Positions 39,675 to 47,675 of a stretch of 64,000 nt of DNA are shown here, one piece after another. Made by a program: the position numbers and the translations under genes. Source of the stretch: an uncultured Nitrospiraceae bacterium. Lineage in GTDB: Bacteria; Nitrospirota; Nitrospiria; Nitrospirales; Nitrospiraceae. The DNA lies in assembly GCA_963730935.1 (NCBI GenBank), contig CAVSTP010000002.1:128001-192000 (forward strand). The letters run 5' to 3'. Position 1 is the stretch's first letter. The number at the start of each line of letters is the position of its first letter. Below the pieces are notes generated by a model, which was not told where the DNA came from, ran no database searches, and was given only the letters and a program-made list of their open reading frames with translations.

Positions 39675-40292
39675 ATGAAGGCGAAGCTGCTCGGCGCAGT
39701 CCTCATTGTCATCGTGGTCGGCCTTGGTCTATTCGGCTGGATCGGTTATCGATTGTTTACCACCGGATTCAGCGCCAAGACGGAACCCCACGCGTTGGAA
39801 GTGATGATGGCGCGGCAGATCCGCCACTTGGCGATTCCGATTGAAAAACGGAACGCCGTCAATCCGCTCCCCTTGAGCGCAGAATTGTTGAAGGAGGGTC
39901 GGGCACACTTCGCCGATCATTGCGCGGTCTGCCATTCCAATGACGGAAGCGGGCAAACCCCCATCGGCAAGAACGTCTACCCGAAGGCGCCCGATTTGCG
40001 GCTGACCGATACACAGTCCTTGTCGGACGGCGAGCTGTTTTGGGTCATCCACAACGGGATTCGCTTTACGGCCATGCCCGCCTGGGGAAGCGGCGACCCG
40101 GAGAAGGATATCGACAGCTGGAAGTTGGTGCATTTTATCCGTCATTTGCCGCAGGTCACGCAGGAAGAATTGGACGAAATGAAAACGCTCAACCCCAAGA
40201 CGCAGAAAGAGCGCCTCGAGGAAGAGGCGTTCGATCAATTTCTGCAAGGAGACGACGCTGCAGCCGGGAAGGCCGAAGGGCATCATCATTAG
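39675..40292 (+). CDS. Membrane-anchored monoheme cytochrome c
   Basis: N-terminal TM; CAVCH; NGIRFTAMPAW; ends in GHHH. Confidence 0.88.
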   Translation: MKAKLLGAVLIVIVVGLGLFGWIGYRLFTTGFSAKTEPHALEVMMARQIRHLAIPIEKRNAVNPLPLSAELLKEGRAHFADHCAVCHSNDGSGQTPIGKNVYPKAPDLRLTDTQSLSDGELFWVIHNGIRFTAMPAWGSGDPEKDIDSWKLVHFIRHLPQVTQEELDEMKTLNPKTQKERLEEEAFDQFLQGDDAAAGKAEGHHH

Positions 40293-40332
40293 TCATCATC
40301 ATTATAGGGAACCGAAGAAGGAGCAATTGTCC

Positions 40333-40692
40333 ATGTTCTATCGATTGATACTCACAGCATTGTGCATGACCCTGACTGCTACAGCCTTCGCCCACGGGAC
40401 TGGCCAACACGTATTGGGCACCGTCGTCGCCATCGACACAAAACACCTCGAAGTCAAAACTCAGAAGGGAACGACCGTCGAGGTCCAAATCAACAAGCAA
40501 ACCCGTTTCAAGGAAAAGGATCATCCCAAAAGCACCAATCTACCCACGGTGGGAGACCGGGTGGTGATCGAGGCAATCAAAGACGATAAGACGCTGACCG
40601 CGACCGAAGTGCATTTCTCCTCAATCAAAAAGCAGACGCCACCGGCTCCGGCGCTCACTCAGCAGGCTCCTGCCGCTACACCTGCTCCCTAA
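40333..40692 (+). CDS. Periplasmic OB-fold-like protein with His at the mature N-terminus (DUF5666-like)
   Basis: Signal ...AFA/HGTGQHVLGTV; VGDRVVIEA...LTATEV. Confidence 0.65.
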   Translation: MFYRLILTALCMTLTATAFAHGTGQHVLGTVVAIDTKHLEVKTQKGTTVEVQINKQTRFKEKDHPKSTNLPTVGDRVVIEAIKDDKTLTATEVHFSSIKKQTPPAPALTQQAPAATPAP

Positions 40693-40700
40693 GGAGAGTC

Positions 40701-41159
40701 GTGCGCATCGTTCAGTACTCGCAGCAGACGCACGCGGCACCCTTCGGCGGGGGCGTTCATGCGGTACTGGTACGCCTCGTGATTGCAGGCATTGCGGTGT
40801 TTTTGGCCGTTGCCACAGTGCCGGGAATTGAAGCCGACAGCTTAACGGCGGGCGTCGCGGCCGTCCTCGTGCTCACCGTATTGAATCTGCTGCTACGACC
40901 CGTCTTGTTGATTCTGACGTTGCCGCTCATCGTAGTGTCCTTCGGACTCTTTCTGGTCGTCCTCAATGCACTGCTGTTGGAACTCACGGCCTATGTCGTG
41001 AAAGGGTTCACCGTCAGCGGTTTCTGGCCGGCCGTTGGGGGCGCGGTCGTGATTAGCATCGTCACGAGCGTGCTCAATCTTCTGACCGGCGATTACCGCC
41101 AGGTCGAAATCCGGACAACGGAGCCGCGACAGCCGAAAATCATCAATCCACCAGAATGA
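40701..41159 (+). CDS. YvlD-like 4-TM membrane protein (phage holin superfamily IV annotation)
   Basis: LNLLLRPVLLILTLPL...GLFLVVLNA...GFWPAVGGA. Confidence 0.85.
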   Translation: MRIVQYSQQTHAAPFGGGVHAVLVRLVIAGIAVFLAVATVPGIEADSLTAGVAAVLVLTVLNLLLRPVLLILTLPLIVVSFGLFLVVLNALLLELTAYVVKGFTVSGFWPAVGGAVVISIVTSVLNLLTGDYRQVEIRTTEPRQPKIINPPE

Positions 41160-41236
41160 GCATGTTCCCCTCGTTTTCATTGAATTGAGGGTACTGCGTT
41201 GCTACAATGCGCGCACTTCTGCCACAACCGAGATAG

Positions 41237-43054
41237 ATGACACCGACCACTGCCCACAGTAAACAGGCCGGCGAAACGCAGCTTCAACGGACGCTCACTT
41301 CGGTCCTCAATGATTTGCCGGTGGATTCGGCGCTGGCCGCCATCTTTCACCGCGAAAACGGTCCACTCGTGGGTCATGCCGCCCGAGGCTTCGCGCCGCG
41401 TGATGTCCAAGCCATCTTGCGCACGCTGTCCGCGCCGTCGATCGCTGCAGCAGGCACGCAGGACCAAGACGGAACCCGTACAATGCGGTTACGGATGGTC
41501 ACTCCGGGGGCCAAATCCCTGCTCGGTGTCCCTCTCAAGTACCGCAACCGGATGTACGGCTTTCTCGTCATTGGACGCAAGGAAAGCGCCGCCTTTACGA
41601 AAAAAGAACGCGGCCTGATGGACCAGGCCAGCGACGACCTAACGAAAGCATTGGACCGGGACAAGCTCTTCGACATGAATGTCGTGCTGAGCCGTCCCCT
41701 CGTCAACCAGGAACCGCCTACGGCTGGCCCTGCCGCCCCCGCCATCTACAGCCCACCCGTTTCCCAGGTGACTCCGCAGCTTCAAGAACAGATCACGGCG
41801 GTCCTGACCGATGCGGCCCAGACGGTATCCTATGATCGGGCTTGGGTGTGCCACTATGACCCGATCGCCGGCAGCGTTGAGGTGCTGGGGATGGCCGGCG
41901 ACCTGAAAGGCGACCACAAAGACGGGAAGAAGGACACGCGGCCCGGGCATCGCCTGGCGTTGGACAGTTCGGCAGCGGGCTGGGCGATTCGTCATCGAAA
42001 GCCCCGCGTCGATCACGATCTCGCGTCGACGCAGGGCCGATTCTTGGATCATAAGCAGCTCTTTAAAGACCGGTTCCAGTCTTCGTTGGTCTTTCCGTTT
42101 TTCGTCAGAGGGCAGGTCGGCGGCACCGTGACGCTGGCGTCTCGCGAAGCGGGCCGGTACCAGCCCACGGATGCTCGCACGCTTGAGCCGCTCATTCTCA
42201 AACTTGCCGATCTGCTCCAGGCTCCGTCGCAGGCGCCGGCTGCTCCTGCTCCGGCGGCCGATGACTCCGGGGAGTCCCCGGCTCCTGACCAACCGCCCTC
42301 CGTGCCCTTGGAGCCGATGATTCGCAAGCAGGAGCGACAGGCGGCCATCGGAGAATTCAGCGCCTTTCTCGCCACTGAAGTGCGCGAGCCGTTGGGTTCG
42401 ATCCGCGCACAACTGGAGGAAGTGACGGGAGAGGGCGTCCTGGACTTCGACCCCCAAACACGCGTGGAAAACGCCATGCGCGATCTGATCCGCGTGGAGG
42501 CGATCCTCAACGAAATCCTGGATTTCGCCAAGCCGCTCGAACTGAATCGACGCCTGGTCCGTGTCCCCGAGGTGATCGAAAGCGCGCTCACGGTCGTGGC
42601 CACGGATCTCGAGGTCACGAGAATCCATGTGGCAAAAGAGTATGCCCCCATCCTCGCCCCGGTGCGGGGAGATGAGGCGAAGCTGCAACAAGTCTTTCTC
42701 AGTATCTTCAAGAATGCTTGCGAAGCGATGACGCCGGGCGGACAGCTCACGATCCACGTGAGTCAACATCGGGCGGGGCGAGGCTTCGAGGATCAGATCC
42801 TGATCAAGAACGACGGGGCGCCGATTCCGCCGGAAATCGTGGACAACGTCTTTGAACCGTTTTTCACTACGAAGAAGGCGGGATCAGGCCTAGGCCTCGC
42901 CACGGTGAAGAAAATCGTCGAGGAACACGGCGGCTCGATCACGATCGGCAGCGCCCCCGGAGAAGGCACGACGGTCACCATCCGCCTGCCCGGGGTGAGC
43001 CGTGGCCCTGCATTCCGTCACCGCGGTCGCAGCCGCCGCCCTCATCGTCGTTAA
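41237..43054 (+). CDS. GAF-GAF sensor histidine-kinase-like protein lacking the phospho-acceptor His
   Basis: Two GAF-like regions; H-box reads LATEVREPL; HATPase motifs KNACEAM, NDGAPI, FEPFFTTK, GSGLGL, GEGT. Confidence 0.85.
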   Translation: MTPTTAHSKQAGETQLQRTLTSVLNDLPVDSALAAIFHRENGPLVGHAARGFAPRDVQAILRTLSAPSIAAAGTQDQDGTRTMRLRMVTPGAKSLLGVPLKYRNRMYGFLVIGRKESAAFTKKERGLMDQASDDLTKALDRDKLFDMNVVLSRPLVNQEPPTAGPAAPAIYSPPVSQVTPQLQEQITAVLTDAAQTVSYDRAWVCHYDPIAGSVEVLGMAGDLKGDHKDGKKDTRPGHRLALDSSAAGWAIRHRKPRVDHDLASTQGRFLDHKQLFKDRFQSSLVFPFFVRGQVGGTVTLASREAGRYQPTDARTLEPLILKLADLLQAPSQAPAAPAPAADDSGESPAPDQPPSVPLEPMIRKQERQAAIGEFSAFLATEVREPLGSIRAQLEEVTGEGVLDFDPQTRVENAMRDLIRVEAILNEILDFAKPLELNRRLVRVPEVIESALTVVATDLEVTRIHVAKEYAPILAPVRGDEAKLQQVFLSIFKNACEAMTPGGQLTIHVSQHRAGRGFEDQILIKNDGAPIPPEIVDNVFEPFFTTKKAGSGLGLATVKKIVEEHGGSITIGSAPGEGTTVTIRLPGVSRGPAFRHRGRSRRPHRR

Positions 43055-43178
43055 AGAATCCGGTTGCGCATCGTGCGATCCTCAAAGCAACAAGCCACTT
43101 GCATAGGGCAAAGTGGTTACCGGCAAGGCCGCAGAGGGCGAAGATTCGACAACCATTTTCAGCGGCGTTTTTCCCTGC

Positions 43179-43208
43179 TTGACAGCCCTCCCCCCCTCTG
43201 GCTATGAT
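43179..43208 (+). promoter_or_regulatory. sigma70 promoter
   Basis: TTGACA-18-TATGAT upstream of ORF 43288. Confidence 0.55.
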
Positions 43209-43287
43209 CCCGCCCACTTGATTCGCTGGTGATATCGGAACGCAACTTACGGCAATCTTCAGCCACCATTATTCAAAGGAGATGGGT

Positions 43288-43656
43288 ATGAAGCTCTTAT
43301 TTGGCATTGTTGCGATGGTTTCCGGTGTCTTGTTTGCGGTTTCCATGGCGTCGGCCAACCCAGCGCTGCTGCCCAAGCACGAGGGCTATCCGATGAAGAA
43401 CAGCGGTAGCCCGGTGAACGGACAGCCCACGGCGAACGATCCCGGCCAGTCGGATGCCCGCGGTCAATCCACACTGTCAAAGTCCGCTGGCTTTGACGAT
43501 GCTCACGTCAGCCAGAATCTCAAGAAAATGGACAATGACAGGGTTACGGCGAGCGAAGGAGCCGGTCGGCTTCCGAAGGTGCAGGGCCCGCAGATCCAGA
43601 TAGCTCCGCCCGTCACCTCCGCGACCAAGATCACGGGCGATCGCAAGATCGAGTAG
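43288..43656 (+). CDS. Secreted hypothetical protein
   Basis: AAGGAG SD; signal peptide ...ASA/NPALLPKHEGYP; has its own promoter and terminator. Confidence 0.8.
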   Translation: MKLLFGIVAMVSGVLFAVSMASANPALLPKHEGYPMKNSGSPVNGQPTANDPGQSDARGQSTLSKSAGFDDAHVSQNLKKMDNDRVTASEGAGRLPKVQGPQIQIAPPVTSATKITGDRKIE

Positions 43657-43673
43657 TCTCTTCATCGAAGCGC

Positions 43674-43717
43674 AAAAAAGGGGAGCGGTCCTCACGGGTC
43701 GCTCCCTTTTTATTTTT
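43674..43717. terminator. Bidirectional intrinsic terminator
   Basis: AAAAAAGGGGAGCG...CGCTCCCTTTTTATTTTT between convergent genes. Confidence 0.85.
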
Positions 43718-43763
43718 GTGCTCGATGCGATATTCGCGATCGGGCGACCTGACCACGGGCCGT

Positions 43764-44312
43764 TTACCAATCGGTGACTCTGAACCGATACGGTTTGCCG
43801 GCCCACTTCCCTGCATAGCTGACGCCGATCCGTGGAAATGCACCGATCTTTCCCCGCGGAATCTTCGTTCCCCGGTCTTCGAACCATAGATGCCGACGGG
43901 CCGTCATGTCGATGCAGTTCAACGAACGGTCGATTGAAAAGGCGCGGCATAGCCGCCCTGGCCCGTCAATCAACTGTCCCTCGACCTCCACGGCTCTGAT
44001 CAACACCGCAGCAGGAAATTCGGTTTCCTCCGTCACGACGTTCAAGCAGTAATACATGCCATAAATCATGTAGACGTAGGAGATGCCTGGGGGCCCGAAC
44101 AGAACCTGGGTCCTCAGCGTCCGTCCTTTGGAGGCATGGCATGCCAAATCATGGGGGCCGACGTACGCTTCCACCTCGACAATTCTCCCCGCCATGGTCC
44201 CGGCGCCCTTTTGCTTCACCAGATATTTGCCCAACAGCGATCGTGCGACCACGAGCGTCGAGCGGTTAAAATAGGGGCGTGGGAGAATCTTTCCCGGCGA
44301 AGTAGTTCCCAT
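43764..44312 (-). CDS. mpg: 3-methyladenine DNA glycosylase (AAG/MPG family)
   Basis: RIVEVEAY, DLACH, YVYMIYGMYYCLNVV, AVLIRA, GPGRLC, RIGV. Confidence 0.93.
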   Translation of the reverse strand: MGTTSPGKILPRPYFNRSTLVVARSLLGKYLVKQKGAGTMAGRIVEVEAYVGPHDLACHASKGRTLRTQVLFGPPGISYVYMIYGMYYCLNVVTEETEFPAAVLIRAVEVEGQLIDGPGRLCRAFSIDRSLNCIDMTARRHLWFEDRGTKIPRGKIGAFPRIGVSYAGKWAGKPYRFRVTDW

Positions 44313-44326
44313 GAGTCTCTTAACGA

Positions 44327-44488
44327 GGCTGCTCAAGACGAACTTGATTACACCCGCCCACCCGAGGCGCCGAGTGGCGCCTTTCCTCGAGCAAGGCCGC
44401 AGGGCAACGAAGGCCCGAGGCGTACTTTACCATGTACGTCGAGGGCCTAAGTAACCGAGAACGCAGTTGGAGTTTGTTTTCAGCAGCC
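44327..44488 (+). repeat. Palindromic MITE/REP-like element, copy 1
   Basis: Imperfect terminal inverted repeats GGCTGCTCAAGAC...GTTTTCAGCAGCC; core GAGGCGTAC-N8-GTACGTCGAG; homologous to 57985-58108. Confidence 0.75.
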
Positions 44489-44490
44489 GA

Positions 44491-46545
44491 TTAGAAATAC
44501 CAGGCAAGTCCGCCCATGAAAAACCGCGGGTTGCCAGGCACGAAGTGGATATCGTTGACCCCGGCTGGTTCGTTCTGCAACCGCGACTCAAAGAAGAATG
44601 TCGCCTGCTCCCATTTTGTATCGAAAAGGTTCTGAATGAACAAAAATGCCTCGAGCTTGCCGTGAGAAAGTTTTACGGGAAGCATATACCGTTCAGTGAG
44701 GTCGAAGACGAGCCATGAGGGAGATTTGGCGCTCCGGTCTTCGATCAAAGGACGAACGCCCATATACGTGGCCTGGAGCTGCGAGCGCAAGCCTTCTGGC
44801 CACTGCAAGATCAACGCGCCGTAGGCGGTGAGCTCGGGCGCCAGTGGTATCGCATCGCCGTTGGTGAACTTGGCGTTTGTCCAGGCGACACTGCTGTTCA
44901 CGTACAGCGGCCCCCATACTTGGCCTCGCAGTGCCACTTCCACACCCCTGCGTCTGGTCGGACCTCGTACCTCGGTCGTCCCTTCGTCTCCCACGAAGAC
45001 CAATTCGGACTGGAGATCGATCGCCCATAGGCTTGCGGTCAGCATCAATCCCTCCGGTCCCCACGGCTGGGAACGTAAGCCGACTTCATACGTCTTCGCA
45101 CGGGCGAGCGGCACTCCGCCCGGAGCCACGGCAGAGCGCGCATCGTTGCTGTGGTAGCCTTCGCCATAGTTGGCGAAAAATTCCGTCTTGAACCAGGGAC
45201 CGAGAATGAGATTAACCTTCGGCAACACCAGACCGGATGATGTCTTTCCTACCGGCTGGTCAACACAGGCATCACATCGGTTCGTGACGTTGAATGTAAA
45301 CATTTCGGCTCTGAGCCCGCCCATGAGTCGCAGCCATGGAGCTGGTTGTATTTCGGCTTTCACAAAGGGTGCATAGGAGGCTTCAAGCACATCGCTGTCT
45401 GTCGTGGTGCCGGTCGGGACGCGTTTCGTTTGTGTTCCGAGTCTCGCATGAATATCGTCCACACGGGCTTGGAAACCGATCGTGCCGATACTGGGCATTC
45501 CGAAGACTTCTGCACGCTGCTTGAATCCCAGATCACCAGTGTAGATGCCCCGGCGATCCGATTGCTGAATCCCGTCTCCGTTTACCGGATCATCTAAGAA
45601 AAAGGTGAAGTTCGTGAAGAGATCGAGTCGATAGTACTGTGCATGTGCATTGGCAAAGAACTGTCCCCCCGAAGGGGTATCATAATGATAGTTCAACCGA
45701 ACAGTGCTCCTGAGCGTGTTGCCCCCTTCGGAGGGATCAATCGCTCCGAAGCGGTCGAGGGTGCCATCGGCTACGGCACGCAACGGGATTTCTCCGGACG
45801 CGTTCCATTTTGCCTGTTGAAAGGTCGCTGTGAGGCTTAGTTCATCGCGGATTGAGAGATTCGTTGTCACCTTTCCGAGCAGATTCGCTCGGAAGTAACG
45901 GTTGTCGTTGAGAAAAGGTCCGTTCGTGTAGTACCCCTCTCCGGCGAAGAGCGTACGGATCTTGTCCTTCGTCGGAGAGAACATGAGCAGATAGCGTTGC
46001 GTGTCAAATTGCCCACCGGCCGCTTGGACCAGGCCCTCCTGAACGACCTGACGCGTTCGAAAGTTGATTGCCGCAGCGGTGTTGAAGTCCCCGAACTCTG
46101 GAAGATAGGACCCCTTGTACGCATCAAGCCCTTCGATCGTTTCTGGAATGATGAAGTTGAGATCGGCATAACCCTGGCCATGAGCGTGGGTCCGAAGGTT
46201 GATCGGCATGCCGTCGGTAAAAAAGGCTACGTCGGTCCCGTGGTCGGCATCGAAACCTCGTACAAAATACTGGTCGGCCTTACCGGCCCCGCCGGAATGC
46301 TCAACGGCGATGAAGCCGGGAATCAGCCGCAGCACCTGAGCCGGTCGGCCTTGCGGCTGCAGCAGAATTTCTTTATCTGGAATGAATTGCTGGGATGACG
46401 CCGCGACCGGCCGTTCACCGACGACCGTCACCTCGGGCACTTCCAACTCAGGTGCATCAGGATCGTGCGCCAGAGCGCTGTCTCCGCGGCACTGGGCTGT
46501 GATCACGATCACCAGAACGATGCAAGAGGGAAACAACCTGTTCAT
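44491..46545 (-). CDS. TonB-dependent receptor, probably for nickel/cobalt
   Basis: TonB box EVTVVG; plug RGFDADHGTD and HAHGQGYAD; C-terminal WYF; 18 bp downstream of nikR. Confidence 0.9.
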   Translation of the reverse strand: MNRLFPSCIVLVIVITAQCRGDSALAHDPDAPELEVPEVTVVGERPVAASSQQFIPDKEILLQPQGRPAQVLRLIPGFIAVEHSGGAGKADQYFVRGFDADHGTDVAFFTDGMPINLRTHAHGQGYADLNFIIPETIEGLDAYKGSYLPEFGDFNTAAAINFRTRQVVQEGLVQAAGGQFDTQRYLLMFSPTKDKIRTLFAGEGYYTNGPFLNDNRYFRANLLGKVTTNLSIRDELSLTATFQQAKWNASGEIPLRAVADGTLDRFGAIDPSEGGNTLRSTVRLNYHYDTPSGGQFFANAHAQYYRLDLFTNFTFFLDDPVNGDGIQQSDRRGIYTGDLGFKQRAEVFGMPSIGTIGFQARVDDIHARLGTQTKRVPTGTTTDSDVLEASYAPFVKAEIQPAPWLRLMGGLRAEMFTFNVTNRCDACVDQPVGKTSSGLVLPKVNLILGPWFKTEFFANYGEGYHSNDARSAVAPGGVPLARAKTYEVGLRSQPWGPEGLMLTASLWAIDLQSELVFVGDEGTTEVRGPTRRRGVEVALRGQVWGPLYVNSSVAWTNAKFTNGDAIPLAPELTAYGALILQWPEGLRSQLQATYMGVRPLIEDRSAKSPSWLVFDLTERYMLPVKLSHGKLEAFLFIQNLFDTKWEQATFFFESRLQNEPAGVNDIHFVPGNPRFFMGGLAWYF

Positions 46546-46563
46546 GTTTCATTCGAGAGGAGT

Positions 46564-46980
46564 CTAGCGCAGGGCCTTTCCAGTCGTGGTCATGGTCAAC
46601 TTGCCGTGCTTGACTCCCCTTACGCTGACCAACGCATCGGCAACTTTCTTGATATCCGAGCCGCGACCTTTAACCACTAACACTTCCAAACAATGATCGT
46701 GGTCGAGGTGGACGTGCATGCCGGACAGGATCTTTCCCTGGTAGTCATGCTGGATGTCGGTCAGCTTGGCCGTTAAGTCACGCACATGGTGGTCGTACAC
46801 GAAAGTGATCGTACCAACCGTTTCTTTGTTCTCGTCCCATTCCTGCCCGACCAGATTGTCCCGAATGAGATCCCGCAGCGCTTCGGACCGGTTGGTGTAG
46901 TGCCGCCGCCTGATGTGGCGATCGAATTCCTCGAGCAACCGTTGGTCTAATGAGACCCCAAATCGGACGAGTTGATGCAT
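46564..46980 (-). CDS. nikR: Nickel-responsive regulator NikR
   Basis: RHH motif RFGVSL...NRSEALRDLIR; Ni ligands in YDHH, QHD and HVHLDHDHC. Confidence 0.97.
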   Translation of the reverse strand: MHQLVRFGVSLDQRLLEEFDRHIRRRHYTNRSEALRDLIRDNLVGQEWDENKETVGTITFVYDHHVRDLTAKLTDIQHDYQGKILSGMHVHLDHDHCLEVLVVKGRGSDIKKVADALVSVRGVKHGKLTMTTTGKALR

Positions 46981-46995
46981 GACAACCTCCTCCGC

Positions 46996-47022
46996 GTGGC
47001 ACGAATTTAATATTCATAGCAC
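46996..47022 (-). promoter_or_regulatory. Putative NikR operator
   Basis: Minus strand GTGCTA-N15-TGCCAC with an AT-rich spacer, close to the GTGTTA-N15-TAACAC NikR-type palindrome; sits between the likely nikR promoter and its SD. Confidence 0.7.
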
Positions 47023-47251
47023 TGTAAAAATACAAGCGCAACCCGCACTCATTGTCTATGAGTCCTTTACGGCAAGTCAGCTCTGATCAGATTTGTCTCG
47101 ATGGGAGAAGGTCGCATCCCTTCAACAATCACCACCGATACAGAGTCCATCCAGAACAATACGAAAAAGGGAGGCGATCGGATTTCGCTGTTGGGCTGTT
47201 TTTCCCTTCTATTCGAAACCAGAACTATGCGTCGCCACAAAACACAACAAA

Positions 47252-47276
47252 GATCCAAACCCGAACATCCTTCGTA
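47252..47276 (+). promoter_or_regulatory. Putative ECF sigma promoter
   Basis: GATCC-N16-CGTA upstream of the DUF4331 operon. Confidence 0.5.
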
Positions 47277-47356
47277 GTGGATGACAAGCCGGCCGATGAG
47301 CTGATGACACAGCGCATCGACTGAACATCCGCCATCTCATTCAACAGGAGGAAACT

Positions 47357-47416
47357 ATGACGACCAAAATGGCCTCAGATGAAAGGACCGAATTATCGTT
47401 AAGGAGGTGTGTATGA
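47357..47416 (+). CDS. 19-aa leader ORF (MTTKMASDERTELSLRRCV)
   Basis: AGGAGG SD; stop overlaps the next start (ATGA). Confidence 0.4.
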   Translation: MTTKMASDERTELSLRRCV

Positions 47417-47634
47417 AATCGTCAGAATCTCGAGCGTTAAGTCTCGCGTTCACCATCGGTCTCTTGGCAGGCTGCAGCGGAAGCGACAACCCGCCTGTCG
47501 TAATGAGTGGACCAGCCGCCGCAGCGACAGATGATACGCGGGTCCCGCAATCAGACAACCTGACGGCAGCAGAAATGGCTCAGGTCAACCAAGCCAATGC
47601 GGAGCCGGTTCCACCACCGAAATCGGATCTCTAA
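47413..47634 (+). CDS. Small lipoprotein
   Basis: AAGGAGGT SD; LAGC lipobox; low-complexity tail. Confidence 0.7.
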   Translation: MKSSESRALSLAFTIGLLAGCSGSDNPPVVMSGPAAAATDDTRVPQSDNLTAAEMAQVNQANAEPVPPPKSDL

Positions 47635-47675
47635 TCAAACCCTGTCTCTATGGGGCATATGAGAAGGAGGAGGCT

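Noticed and set aside
40701..41159. Holin-annotated family as evidence of a prophage
   Set aside because: YvlD-like proteins are common chromosomal membrane proteins; no endolysin, integrase or structural phage genes are nearby
41639..42769. 376-aa antisense ORF, and similar ones at 2115, 10451, 29000, 34221, 37930, 54652 and 63046
   Set aside because: Opposite-strand shadows of well-supported genes, expected in GC-rich DNA; no recognisable motifs
47052..47324. Short ORFs in the nikR/DUF4331 intergenic region
   Set aside because: No SD or protein-like features; they overlap predicted promoter elements
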